DNA of 64,000 nucleotides from NCBI GenBank assembly GCA_030390025.1, contig CM059453.1, positions 6,386,001-6,450,000 of the forward strand. Direction: 5' to 3'. This document shows, piece by piece, positions 48,350 to 60,529 of this stretch. The DNA comes from Squalus acanthias. Its lineage: Eukaryota. Below the pieces are notes generated by a model. That model was not told where the DNA came from. It did no database searches and was given only the letters and a program-made list of their open reading frames with translations. The stretch's first letter is position 1. Every line of letters starts with the position of its first letter. The translations under genes and the position numbers were made by a program.

Positions 48350-50833
48350 AACTAGCACCCAGTTCGGTTTAGTCTGATTAGTTTAGGAATGTGTACTCAC
48401 ATTGGGGGACGACCAGTTCTTTTTAGGCTGACTAGATCCAGGATGCTTGCTATGCTCGGGGACCCAGTTTCGTTTCACTGACTATCACAGAATCAAGGCA
48501 CAGTTTGGTTTCACTGACTATATTAAGAATATGTGTTCAGATTGAGAGCCCAGTTCTATTTAGCGATGTGTGTTCGGACAGAAGGGAAGGCGTTCAGTAG
48601 AAAGGAAGGGATTCAGGAGTAAGAAATGGGGCAGGTGGGGAGGAAAGGGATGCTGGGGGCAGGTTGCCGTTTCAGGCGGCGGAAGAGCACTGGCGGGCAG
48701 GCGCTCCCCGTTGGCCCGCTGCTTGAATCTCCAGCCCGCGTCCTTGCCTGTCCCCCGATTACAGGTGCCGTTTCAACGGAGGGGGTGCTGGCAGCCTCGC
48801 CTTCCCACAATGCAATTCGACAGGGAAAAAAGGCCAGATCGGACCACGGTGCAGTCTGGGAGGACGAATCACTTGACCGCGTGAACACACAGGGAGTCGG
48901 CGAAGGCAGGGAAGGTGCAAATGGAAGGGAGGTCTTTTCCGAGTATTGGCAAGATGGCGGTGCTGGGGACGGGCAGCCCCAGCAGCGGCCATGTTGGCTA
49001 ACACGTCTGCGTGTTGAGCTCACATCCCGTGAGCCCACAGATCCCCTCGCCCAACCTCTCCCTCATTTTAAACCACCCATTTTAGCTCACATTTAAAATC
49101 CTCTTTGCAGCCCCCCCTTCAAAAACTCCTTAATATACCTCCGTGTCAGCCCTACATCTACACGTTTCTGAACCTACTTTTAACCTCGTTTTTAAATTCC
49201 TTTTCAGTCTCCCTTGTTAAACCGTTTTTAAAAACCGATTTAAGTTCATTTTTGAGGGACCGAGAGGGATTCATGAAACTAAGCAGACGGAGAGAGGCGA
49301 GAAAGGGGCTGAGAATGAAAGAGACAAGCAGGGAGAGAGAGAGAGAGAGAGAGAGAGAGGCAGAGAATGTGTGAGCGAGAGAATTAAATTCATGTATTCC
49401 ATAGAATTAAAAGACAGTGTTTTTATGCTCACCACCAACTTCCACCCACCTCTCTTCATCTATCCTTATCGCCATATCCTTCTATTCCTTTCTCCCACAT
49501 GTGCTTATCACACTTCCCTTTAAATTCATGTGTGCTATTCTTCTCAACTGTTCCTTGTAGTAGCGAGTTTCACATTCTCACCACTCTCGGGATAAAGAAG
49601 TTTCTACTGAAGTCACGGTTGTATTTATTGGGGACTATCTCATATTTATGGCCACAATATTTTCACCCCCACCCCACTATTGAACACATCTCTGCATCTA
49701 ACAAAGGAATCCCTTTCATAATTTTAAAGACCTCTGTTAGTTCACACCTCAGCCTTCTCTTCTCTAGAATAAAGAGAATGAGAGTATGTGAGAGACTGTG
49801 TGTGAGAGAGAGAGCATGACAGAGAGACAGCGGCAGAGAGAGAGAGAGATTGAACGCAAGGTGGGTTGTGTGCTCAGACACTGGGCCCAGATGTATTTTG
49901 TGATTTGTGTTCAGATCCAAGGCTCAGTTTGCTTTATTGATAACTTTACTGATGTGTGTTCAGATTATGGGCCAAGTTTGATTTTACTGACTAGTTTTGC
50001 GATGTGTGTTCAGATTGTATAAACAGTTTGTTTTTTATGATTAGTTTAGGGATGTGGGTACAAAAAGAATGGGAGGGTTCAGGGAAAGGGAAAGTGTGAA
50101 GTGAGGAAGGAAGGGGTTCGCCGGAAGCTGGATGGGTAAAAGTTGGGGCGGCGGAGGAGGGCCTACAGATTGATTCAAACGCCAATGCCGGTCCTCCAGG
50201 GAAGGATGCCGGATACACCTACTCCAGGACCCAGGTGAACAGAGGCGGCGATGGCGCGTCTGCTGTTCCTCAATGCAATCGGCGCCGTCGATCGACAGCT
50301 CGGGCCAAGTTGCACTCTGAGTTGAGGTTACTTCTGGGTATTAACAGGATGGCTAGGGAGGGGGGCGGGGCAGCTGGAGGTAATGTCCTTCCAGCTATTA
50401 AACAGATTGCGGAGGAGGTGGAGGGGCAACAGGAGGAGAGGTCACTTTTGGTCTTGACATGATGGTGGAGGAGGGGAGAAGGCAGCACCGGCGGCCATGT
50501 TGGCTATCATGTCTGCGCGCTGAGATCTCTTCCTGTGAGCCATAACCCTCTTTTATAAATCTTGCATTCAACAAGACTTTAAAAAACCCTTTCAAACCCC
50601 TATTATTAATGCCTTACCATATTTTATTTTCACCCACTTCATGAAACCCTTTTAAATCTACCCTTTTAAATGTCCTTTTTGTATTCCTGTTTAGCTCCAT
50701 TTTTAATCCAGCTTCTTAAGCGCTCCTACTAAACCCTTATTCAAGCCATTTCAAACCGATTCTTAACTCTCTTTATTCAGAGAACACGCAGAGAGACACA
50801 CAGGGAGGGGGAGAGGGAATGGGAGAGAGAGAC

Positions 50834-50864
<31 letters not shown>

Positions 50865-51410
50865 AGCAAACAGAATGAGTGAGAGATAATTACATCCATG
50901 TATTACGTAGAATTCTATGCCAGTATTTTTATGCTGCACACACGCTTCCTGCCATGCAGCGTCATCTCATCCCATCAGCATAACCTTCGATCCCTTTCTC
51001 CCTCATGTGTTTATCTAGCTTCCCCTTAATTGCATCTATGCTAATCACCTCAACTATTCCACGTGAGTTCCACGTTCAAACCATTCTATAGGTAAAGCGT
51101 TTTATCATGTATTCACTATTGTTGACTACACTATTTTAAAGGCCCTTAGTTTTCCAATCCCCAACAAATCTAAACATCATCTCTAGCTCTACCCCATCAA
51201 TCCCATTCATCGTTTTAAAGGCCTCTATTACCTCAGCCCTCCGTCTTCATTTTTCTACAGAAAGGGAATGAGAGCGAGACTGTGTCAGAGAGAGAGAGAG
51301 AGAGAATGAGACGGGTGTGCCCTTAGACCAGGGCCAGATTTGTTTTTCCAATTTCCCAAATTTGGAGAAATGCGGTCAGATTTAGGACCCAGATGGTTTG
51401 GATTGACGAG
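48350..51410. repeat. Two diverged tandem ~1.5-kb units separated by a degenerate ~50-bp minisatellite
   Basis: Shared gcggccatgttggcta..gtctgcg, (GA)n, cagaatg..catgtatt and a minus-strand LINE remnant. Confidence 0.8.
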
Positions 51411-51434
51411 ATAATGATGGTTTGTAGGGGATAT

Positions 51435-51772
51435 GCTGAGAGGTTGTTTCCCCTGGCTGGTCAGTGTCTGGAACTAGGGGGCACAGTCTGAGGATAAGGG
51501 GTAGGCCATTTCACACTGAGATGGGGAGGGATTTCTTCCTTCAGAGGATTGTGAATATTTGGAATTCTCTGCCCCAGAGGTCTGTGACTGCTGAGACTTT
51601 GAGTATATTCAAGGCTGAGATAGATAGAATTATAGACTCTAGGTATATGGAGATCGGGCGGGGAAGTGAAGTTGAGGTCGATGATCAGCCATGATCTTCT
51701 TGAATGGCGGAGCTGGCTCGAGGGGCCGTATGACTTACTCCTGCTCTTATTTTTTATATTCTTATGTTCTTA
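51435..51772 (+). mobile_element. CR1 LINE 3' end
   Basis: TRGHSLRIRG..WNSLP plus tail. Confidence 0.92.
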
Positions 51773-52339
51773 TTGAGGGTCCAGTTTGGTTTTACAGACT
51801 GGTTTACTGACGTGTGTTCAGGTCGAGGTTCCACTTTGTTTTTCACTGAAAGATTAGGGATTTTGGTACTGATTCAGCCCAATCCTGGCATTTGAATGGT
51901 TCAGGGATTTATCTGTTTACATCTGTGACCCAGTTTGGATTTAAGACTGTCGGTTCACATGAAGCATCTTCTGTGTCTCGCCCACTGCTCTCTTTCGATG
52001 TGCCTGCTCCGAGGTGGTTTTGTTTACCGCTAGTGCCAGTACAGCTCCAGAGCAGAGGCGTGAGCAGCTCGGTTCTATTTGGAGCCCAATTAGTTGTGGT
52101 GACTAAAGGCCATCTATTACGTCCTTGTGTGGAGATGATGTTGGGCAATTGAACGATACTGAGATTACTTGTTAGTCAGGCAGCATCCGGTTATAGACTC
52201 TCTTGCATTGTGAAAAGACCCTCAGTGTTTCCAGCTGTATGTTTAAACTGTAATGTAAAGTGAGAGCTCAGATTATCCATATTAATAATATATCCACGTA
52301 GTAACTAATACTGGCTAATCATCATCACGCTATTAATCT

Positions 52340-52780
52340 GTCAGCTGTCGTTCAATTGGTAGCACTCTCGTCTCTGAGTCCAAATGTCGTACTCCAGAGA
52401 CGTGAGCAGAAAAACGAGGCTGGCACTCCCAGTGCAGAACGGAGGGAGAGCTGCACAGTCGAAGGTCACCTTTTTCAATTGAGACGGTAAAACATGGCCC
52501 CGTCTACTCTCTCTGGTGGACCTAACAAATGCGCTGCCTCTATTTAGAAGAAAAGCCACAGAGATCTCCCTGGTGTCCTGGGCCAATATTTATCCCTCAA
52601 TCACTCTCGCCAATAAAATAATATCACGTTGCTGTTTGTCGGAGCTTGCTGTGCTCAATTGGGTGCCACGTTTCCTACATTACAACACTGACTACACATC
52701 AAAAGTACTTCCTTCGATGTAAATCGCTTTAGGAGGCCTTGAGGTCGTGAAAGGCCCTATAGAAATTCAATTTTTTCTCT
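52340..52780 (+). mobile_element. Degenerate Deu-type SINE (counterpart at ~59500-59900)
   Basis: Matches 10620-11085. Confidence 0.75.
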
Positions 52781-53534
52781 ACTGTCTCCTCGAAGATGTT
52801 GCTTTGTAGCGTTAATTTTTTTAATTTATTCGTTCATGGGATGTGGGTGTCGCTAGCAAGGCCAGCATTTATTGCCCATCCCTATTTGCCCCTTGAGAAG
52901 GTGGTGATGAGCCGCCTTCTTGAACCGCTGCAGTCCGTGTGGGGAAGATACTCCCGCAATGACACACCTTTAACGTCTTTATCCCGAATTTCTCTACTCC
53001 AGTAATTCACAATGGTATAATTTTCTTTGAAATAAAGGGAACATAAGCTTGCAATTCACTTTCAGATGCTGCTCGACCCGCGGTGTATTTCAACATTATA
53101 TCTCTTGTTTTAAGAATGGATTGCCTCTGCTGGGATTGTAATATATTTATTTCAACAGAGACAAAAGCCATATTTGGTTCCTTTATCAGACACTAAGCAT
53201 TGCAACCAGACCCACTCCCACACAAAACATATTCCACCAGCCATCTCTAACTGTCAACTGCAACCCACTAGGCCATGAGGTCACACATTCCCGCACCCAA
53301 TGGACAGGACAATACATCAAAACCACCAATGCAGCGCAGTTCTGACTGATTCGCAAAATGCTGCAGGGAATGGCTTTAAGATGGTTCGGGTAGCATGTGG
53401 AATATGAACGGCATCTCTCACTCCCTGCATCCTCATTGTGTTGAATTTAAAGTTCGTCACATCAACTCCCACTTTACCTCTATCCTTTCTCAAGATCTCC
53501 AATAAGTGAAGCTCTACCGTGTTCCCCCTCCCAA

Positions 53535-55645
53535 TCTAGAATCAAAGAATCATAGAATGGGTTACAGCACTGAAGGAGGACATTCGGCCCGTCGAGCCCG
53601 TGCTAGCTCTCTGCAAGAGCACTTCAGCTAGACCCACTCCCCCCGCCCTTTTCCCGTAGCCCTGCAATTTTTTTTTCCTTAAGTTACTCAGACAGTTCCC
53701 TTTTGAAAGCCACGATTGAATCTTCCTTCACCACCCTTTCAGGCAGTGCATTGCAGATCATAACCACTCGCTGCATATACAAAGTTTTTCTGCATGTCGC
53801 CTTTGATTCTTCTGCCAATCACCTTGAATCTGTGTCTTCTGGTTCTCGACACCTTTCGCCAATGGGAACAGTTTTTCTCCATCTACGCGGTCTAGACCCC
53901 TCATGATTTTGAACACCTCTATCAAATCTCCTCTCAACCTTCTCTGCTCTAAGGAGAACAACCCCTGCTTCTCCAGTCTATCCACGTAACTGAAGGCCCC
54001 CATCCATGGAAGCCTTCTTCTCATCTTTTCTGCACCCTCTCCAAGTCCTTCACATCCTTCCTAAAGTGCAGTTCCCAGAATTGGACATAATACCTCAGTT
54101 GAGGCCGAACCTGTTTTGTTTAATCTTCAGAATGTCTTCATAGCATTTGAATTCTAAGACTCTATTTATGAAGCCCAGGATCCCGTAGGATTTTTAGTTA
54201 TTTGAACAGGATTTGTCTTTAACATGTCCGTGCTGGCTTTCCTTAATTAATCCACACTTGTCTTAGTGACTGTTAATTTTGTTCCTGATTATTGTTTCTA
54301 AAAGCTTCCCCACTACCGAGGTTAATCTGACTGGCATGTAGTTGCTGGGTTTATCACCACATTCTTTTTTGAACAAGGGTGTAACATTTGTAATTCTCCA
54401 GTACTCTGGCACCACCCCCATATCAAAGGAGGATCGAAAGATTATGGACAGCACCTCCGTGATTTCCACGTTTCCATCCCTCAGCATCTTAGGATGCATC
54501 CCATCCGGTCTTGTTGACTTATCTACTTTAAGTACAGCCAGCCTTTCTAGTACCTCCTCCTTATCAATTTTAAACCCATCCAGTATCTAATTACTTCCGC
54601 TTTTACCACGATTTTGGCAGCATCTTCTTCCTTGTAAAAGGCAGATGCAAAGTACTCATATAGTTCCTCAGCCATGCCCTCTGCCTCCATGCGTAGGTTT
54701 CCATCTTGTTCCTTAATCGGCCCCACCCCTCCTCTTACTACCACTTTCCTATGTATATGCCTATTCAACACTTTTGAATTACCTTTTATGTTAGCTGCCA
54801 ACCTATTCACATATTCTCTCTTTACCCCTCTTATTTCCTTTTATACTTCCACTCTGAACTTTCAATATTCAGCCTGGTTCTCACTTGTATTCTCAACCTG
54901 ACATCTGTTATACGTGTCCTTTTTCTGCTACATCTTACTCACTGTCTCTTTCTTCACCCAGGGAGCTCTGGCTTTGGTCGGTCTACCTTTCCTCCTCGTA
55001 GGAATGTACCTCGACTGTACCCGAACCACCTCCTCTTTAAAGGCAGCCCATTGTTCGACTACAGTTTTACTTGCCTAAATATTTAATTCCAATTTACCTG
55101 GGCCAGATCCATTCTCAACCCACTGAAATTGGCCTTTTTCGAATTAAGTATTTTTACTCTAGATTGCTCCCTGTCATTTTCCATTGCTAATCTAAACATT
55201 CTGCTACTGTGAGCACTTTTCCCTAAATGTCCCCCTACTGACACTTGCACTACTTGACCCACCTCATCTCCCTGAACCAGAACCAGTCATGCATCCTTCC
55301 TCATTGCGCCAGAAACCTGCGGATCAAGAAAGATTTCCTGAACAGACTATAGAAATTTTTGCCCCTCTCTGCCCTTTACACTATTACTATCCCAGACTAT
55401 ATTAGGAAAGTTGAATTCCCCATTATCAATACTCTAAATTTCTGGCACCTCTCTGTAAATTCCCTGCAAAGTTGCTCCTCTATATATTACCCACTAGTTG
55501 GTGTCCTATAGAATACACCTAGAAGTGCAAAGGCTCCTCTATTATTTCTCAACTCTAATCAAATAGATTCTGTCCTTGGCCCCGCCATGATATCCTTTCT
55601 CTCCAGCACTGTAATATTCTCCTTGTGCAATTCTGCCACCCACCT
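53535..55645 (-). mobile_element. Internally deleted CR1 (APE to 3' tail)
   Basis: ORFs 53758, 54263 and 54547 are CR1 ORF2 pieces. Confidence 0.9.
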
Positions 55646-55860
55646 CCTTTTTTCCTTCCCTTCCTCTTACACTCTAATGAAATGTAAAGCACTAATCCGT
55701 CCAAAAAAACTGATTGAGTTGTCTCAGCTTCATTCCTACTTTTCCTGCTTCAGCGGATTTGTCACTGCAAACGAAAACTTCTGCTTAGCTACCCCAACTG
55801 TAAAATTCCATTTCACAAGCTCATCTATTATTAGCGTAAATTTCTCTATTTTATCTAAAA

Positions 55861-56655
55861 GGTAATGCATTTGGGGAGCGCTAACAAGGAAAGGGAATAT
55901 ACATTAAATATTAGGACACTGAATAGTGTAGAGGAACAAAGGGACCATGGAGTGCATGTCCACTGAACCCTGAAGGAAGCAGGCCAGGTAGATGAGGTGG
56001 TTAAGAAGGCATACGGAATGCTTGCCTTTATCAGCCGTGGCATGGAGCACAAGAGCAGGGGGGTTATGCTTCAACTGTACAAAACACTAGTTAGGCCTCA
56101 GCTGGAGTACTGCGTGCAGTTCTGGTCACCACATTATAGGAAAGATGTGATTGCACTAGAGAGGTTACAGAGGAGATGTACAAGGATGTTGCCGGGAGTA
56201 GAGAATCTTAGCAATAAGGAAAGACTGGAAATGCTAGGTCTGTTTTCCTTGTAACAGAGGAGGCAGACGGGAGACCTTATAGAGCTGTATAAAATAATGA
56301 GGGGCACAGATAAAGTGGATAGAAAGGACCTATTTCCCTTAGCAGAATGATCACAAACCAGGGGACACAGATTTAAAGTAATTGGTGGAAGGTTTAGAGG
56401 GATTTGAGGGGAAATGTCTTCACCCAGAGGGTTGCGGGGGTCTGGAACTCACTGCCTGAAAGGGTGGTAGAGGCAGGAACACTAACCACCTTTAAAAAGT
56501 ACTTGGATGTGCACTTGGAATGCTGTAACCTGCAGGGCTACGGACCAAGAGCTTGGAAGTGAGATTAGGCTGGATAGCTCTTTGCTGGCCAGCGCGGACA
56601 CGATGGGCCGAAATGTCCTCCTCCCGTGCTGTAACATGCTATGATTCTATGACTC
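55861..56655 (+). mobile_element. CR1 LINE 3' fragment
   Basis: LYKTLVRPQLEYCVQFWSPHY; ctatgattctatga tail. Confidence 0.92.
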
Positions 56656-56659
56656 TAAA

Positions 56660-57055
56660 AAGAAAGACATTGCATTTATATCGCACTTTTCACTACCACC
56701 GAACGTCCCAAAGTGCTTTACAGCCAGTGAAGTTCTTTTGAACTGTAGCAATTTTGCAATGTAAGAAACGCGGCATCCAATTAGCACTCAGCAAGTTCCC
56801 ACAAACGGCAACGTGTTGCCTCGGTCCTAAGGTCTGGAATTCCCTGCATAATCCTCGCCGCCTCGCTACCTCACTTTCCTGCATTAAGACATTCCTTAAA
56901 ACCTACCTCTTTGACCAAGCTTTTGGTCACCTGCTCTAATTAATCCTTACGTGGCTCGGTGTCAGTTTGTTTGTCTTAAAATACTCCTGTGCAGCGCTTG
57001 GGACGTTTTATGTCGTTACACGCGCTCTATCAATACAAGTTGTTGTTATTGTTGT
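56660..57055. mobile_element. Inverted SINE tail plus L2-clade LINE 3' end
   Basis: GPKVWNSL..KTFLKTYLF followed by (ttg)n. Paralog at 63650-64000. Confidence 0.7.
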
Positions 57056-57171
57056 TCTGAGTAATTTAGGGAATTTGGTACAGATTCATGCCCCAGTTTG
57101 GTTTTAATGACTAGTTTAGGGACATTTTTTCTCACCCAGGTACTAGTTCTGTTTTTGACTAGTTTAGGGAT

Positions 57172-59007
57172 TTGCGTTTAGGCTTGAGACCCAGTTTGGG
57201 CAAAATAGCTTACGAAAGCAAGCTGGCGGAAAATATAAAAACTAACTCCAAAAGCTTTTATAAGTATATCCAGAGGAAAAGACTGGTGAAAACCAAAGTT
57301 GGTCCATTGCAGTCAGATACGGCGGAATATATAACAGGAAATAAGGAAATGGCAGACCAACTAAATGCATACTTTGGGTCAGTCTTTACGAAGGAAGACA
57401 CAAAAAACCTCCCTGGGATATCGGGAAAAATAGGGACATTGGCAAAGGAGGAACTGACGCAAATCAATATCTCTAAGGATATGGTGTTAAGGAAGCTAAA
57501 GGGATTGAAGGCGGACAAATCCCCAGGGCCTGATAACATGCATCCTAGGGTACTGAAGGAGGTGGCCCTGGAGATAGCGGATGCACTAAGTATGATTTTT
57601 CAGAATTCATTAGACTCGGGAACAGTGCCCATGGATTGGAGGGTAGCTAACGTTACCCCACTATTCAAAAAGGGGGGAAGGGAAAAAGCAGGTAATTACA
57701 GACCTGTAAGCCTTACATCAGTTGTGGGCAGAATGCTGGAGTCCATCATTAAGGTTGAAATAGCGGAGCACTTAGCAAATGGGGACAGGATAGGACAGAG
57801 TCAACATGGATTTACAAAGGGTAAATCGTGCTTGACAAATCTATTGGAATTTTTTGAGGGAGTAACTGGTAAAATAGATGGGGGAGAGCCAGTAGATGTG
57901 GTGTACCTGGACTTCCAAAAGGCCTTCGACAAGGTCCCACATAAAAGATTAGCATGGAAAATTGAAGCTCATGGGATAAAGGGGAAAGTATTGACGTGGA
58001 TAGAGAACTGGCTGTCAGATAGAAAACAGAGAGTTGGAATAAACGGCTCATTTTCTGAATGGCAGGCAGTAACAAGTGGGGTACCACAGGGATCTGTTCT
58101 GGGTCGCCAACTGTTCACAATTTACATTAATGACCTGGATCAGGGAGTCGGATGCAGCATTTCCAAATTTGCAGACGACACTAAACTAGGAGGGGGGGTG
58201 GGCTCAGAGGAGGAGACCAGGAAGCTCCAGAGCGATTTGGACAGACTGGGTGATTGGGCGGATAAATGGCAGATGCACTATAATGTGGACAAATGCAAAG
58301 TTATCCACCTTGGGTGCAGGAACGGGAGGGCAAGTTATTATTTAAATGGCAATAAATTGGGAGAGGGGGAAGTACAGAGAGACCTGGATGTTCTTGTACA
58401 CCAGTCACTGAAGGCGAGCATGCAGGTGCAACAGGCGGTCAAGAAGGCAAACGGTATGCTGGCCTTCATAGCAAAAGGGTTGGAATACAAGAACAGGGAT
58501 ACCTTGCTGCAGCTGTACAGGGCACTGGTGAGACCACACCTCGGGTACTGTGTACAGTTTTGGTCGCCTCATCTGAGGAAAGATGTTCTTGCCATGGAGG
58601 GGGTGCAGCGGCGATTCACCAGGCTGATACCAGGAATGGCGGGATTGACCTATGAGGAGAGACTATGTAGTTTAGGGATGTACACACTGGAGTTTAGAAG
58701 ATTGAGAGGGGACCTCATAGAAGTGTATAAAATTCTGACAGGTCTAGACAGACTAGATGCAGAAGGAATGTTTCCCTTGGCGGGTGAGAACAGAACTAGA
58801 GGACATAATTTAAGGATAAGGGCTAAACCATTTAGGACAGAAATGAGGGGGAATTTCTTCACTCAGAGGGTGGTGAACCTGTGGAACTCATTGCCACAGA
58901 GGGCAGTGTACGCCAGCTCATTAAATATATTTAAGAGGGAATTAGATATATTTCTACAGGCAAAAGGGGTTAAGGTTTACGGAGAGAAGGCGGGGACGGG
59001 ATACTGA
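57172..59007 (+). CDS. CR1 ORF2 reverse transcriptase domain and C-terminus (no endonuclease, no genuine start)
   Basis: YRPVSLTS, QHGF, LDFQKAFDKV, GVPQGSVLG, FADD. Confidence 0.85.
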   Translation: MRLGLRPSLGKIAYESKLAENIKTNSKSFYKYIQRKRLVKTKVGPLQSDTAEYITGNKEMADQLNAYFGSVFTKEDTKNLPGISGKIGTLAKEELTQINISKDMVLRKLKGLKADKSPGPDNMHPRVLKEVALEIADALSMIFQNSLDSGTVPMDWRVANVTPLFKKGGREKAGNYRPVSLTSVVGRMLESIIKVEIAEHLANGDRIGQSQHGFTKGKSCLTNLLEFFEGVTGKIDGGEPVDVVYLDFQKAFDKVPHKRLAWKIEAHGIKGKVLTWIENWLSDRKQRVGINGSFSEWQAVTSGVPQGSVLGRQLFTIYINDLDQGVGCSISKFADDTKLGGGVGSEEETRKLQSDLDRLGDWADKWQMHYNVDKCKVIHLGCRNGRASYYLNGNKLGEGEVQRDLDVLVHQSLKASMQVQQAVKKANGMLAFIAKGLEYKNRDTLLQLYRALVRPHLGYCVQFWSPHLRKDVLAMEGVQRRFTRLIPGMAGLTYEERLCSLGMYTLEFRRLRGDLIEVYKILTGLDRLDAEGMFPLAGENRTRGHNLRIRAKPFRTEMRGNFFTQRVVNLWNSLPQRAVYASSLNIFKRELDIFLQAKGVKVYGEKAGTGY

Positions 59008-59100
59008 ATTGGAGGATCAGCCATGATCTCATTAAATGGCGGAGCAGGCTCGAAGGGCCGGATGGCCTACTCCTGCTCCTATCTTCTATGTATCTATGTA
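57201..59100 (+). mobile_element. Young 5'-truncated CR1 LINE
   Basis: Uninterrupted frame, 3' UTR and (tctatgta) tail. Absent at paralogous ~51940. Confidence 0.97.
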
Positions 59101-60529
59101 ATACTGCCGGTTGATATGAAGCATCTTCAGTTTCTCACCAATTGTACTCTTCTGATGTGCTGCTCCGCGGTGGATTTGTTTGCGCCTAGTGCGTGTAGCA
59201 GCTCCAGAGCAGAGGCGTGCAGAGCTCGGTTCTATTTAGAGCCCAAATAGTTGTGGTGACTGCAGGCCATCTGTGACGTCTTAGGGTATAAATCATTTTG
59301 GACAATTGAACCCGAATGAGGTTAATTGTGGTCAGGCAGCATCCGGTTATACATTGTGCTGTATTGTGAAATGACCTATAATGTTTGCAGCTTCATGTTT
59401 ATGCTGTAATGTAAAGTGAGAGCCCATAGCATCCATGTTAATAATATATGGAGATAACAAATAATACCTGCTGATAATTATCGCGCTATTAATTAAACAG
59501 CTGTGACTAAAAGTCCAGAGACTTCAGCTCACATTCTGAGCTACCACATCATTGCAGTGCTGCACTGTCGGAGGTGCTGTCTTTAAGATGAAACGATAAA
59601 GCTTGACCCGTTCCGTCCTCAAGGTCGTCCTAAAAATAAGAGCATGCCACTATTTCGAAGAAGAGCAGCAAATATCTCGGCGGTGTCCTGGGCCAATATT
59701 AATCCTTCAACCAACATAACCAAAACAAGTTATCCAGCAATTATCAGATAGCTGTTTGTGGGCGCTTGTTGTGCTCAAATGGTCTGCCACGTTTCATACA
59801 TTACAAAAGTGACTACAGATCAAAAGTACTTAATTGACGGTAAAACGTTTTGGGTCGTCCTGAGGTGATGAAAGAATCCATATAAATTTAACTTCTTTCT
59901 TCCATTGTATCTTCCACGTTCTCCACTTAGATGTTGCTGCATGTGACGTTATTAACAAATCAATAACATCTTTATGCCACAATTACCCCTCTCCAGTACT
60001 AATAAAAGTTGCAAATTTATTTGATAAAACGGTTGAAAAACTTTGTCTTCACTTTCAGGCGCTGGCCGACCCGCGGTGTTTTTCAAATTTTTTACCTATT
60101 TTTTTAAGAATGGATTGCCTCTGCAGGGATTGTAATATATTTATTTCAAACAGAGACAAAAGCTATATTTGGTTCCTTTATCAGACACTAAGCATTGCAA
60201 CCAGACCCACTCCCACACAAAATATATTCCACCAGCCATCTCTAACTGTCAACTGCAACCCACGAGGCCATGAGGTCGCACATTCCCGCAGCCAAAACAC
60301 AGGACAATACATCAAAACCACCAATGCAGCGCAGTTCTGACTGATTCACAAAATGCTGCAGGGAATGGCTTTAAGATGGTTCGGGTAGCATGTGGAATAT
60401 GAACGGCATCTCTCACTCCCTGCATCCTCATTGGGTTTAATTTAAAGTTCGTCACATCAACTCCCACTTTCCCTCTATCCTTTCTCAAGATCTCCAATCA
60501 GTGAAGATCTACCGTATTCCCCCTCCCAA

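Noticed and set aside
53110-53520. Duplicated unique segment with short ORFs (also 60100-60520) as an exon
   Set aside because: No recognisable domain; its conservation is explained by recent duplication.
57172-59007. Autonomous LINE or domesticated RT gene
   Set aside because: 5'-truncated, lacks ORF1 and endonuclease, starts at TTG in flanking DNA, and is absent from the paralogous site.
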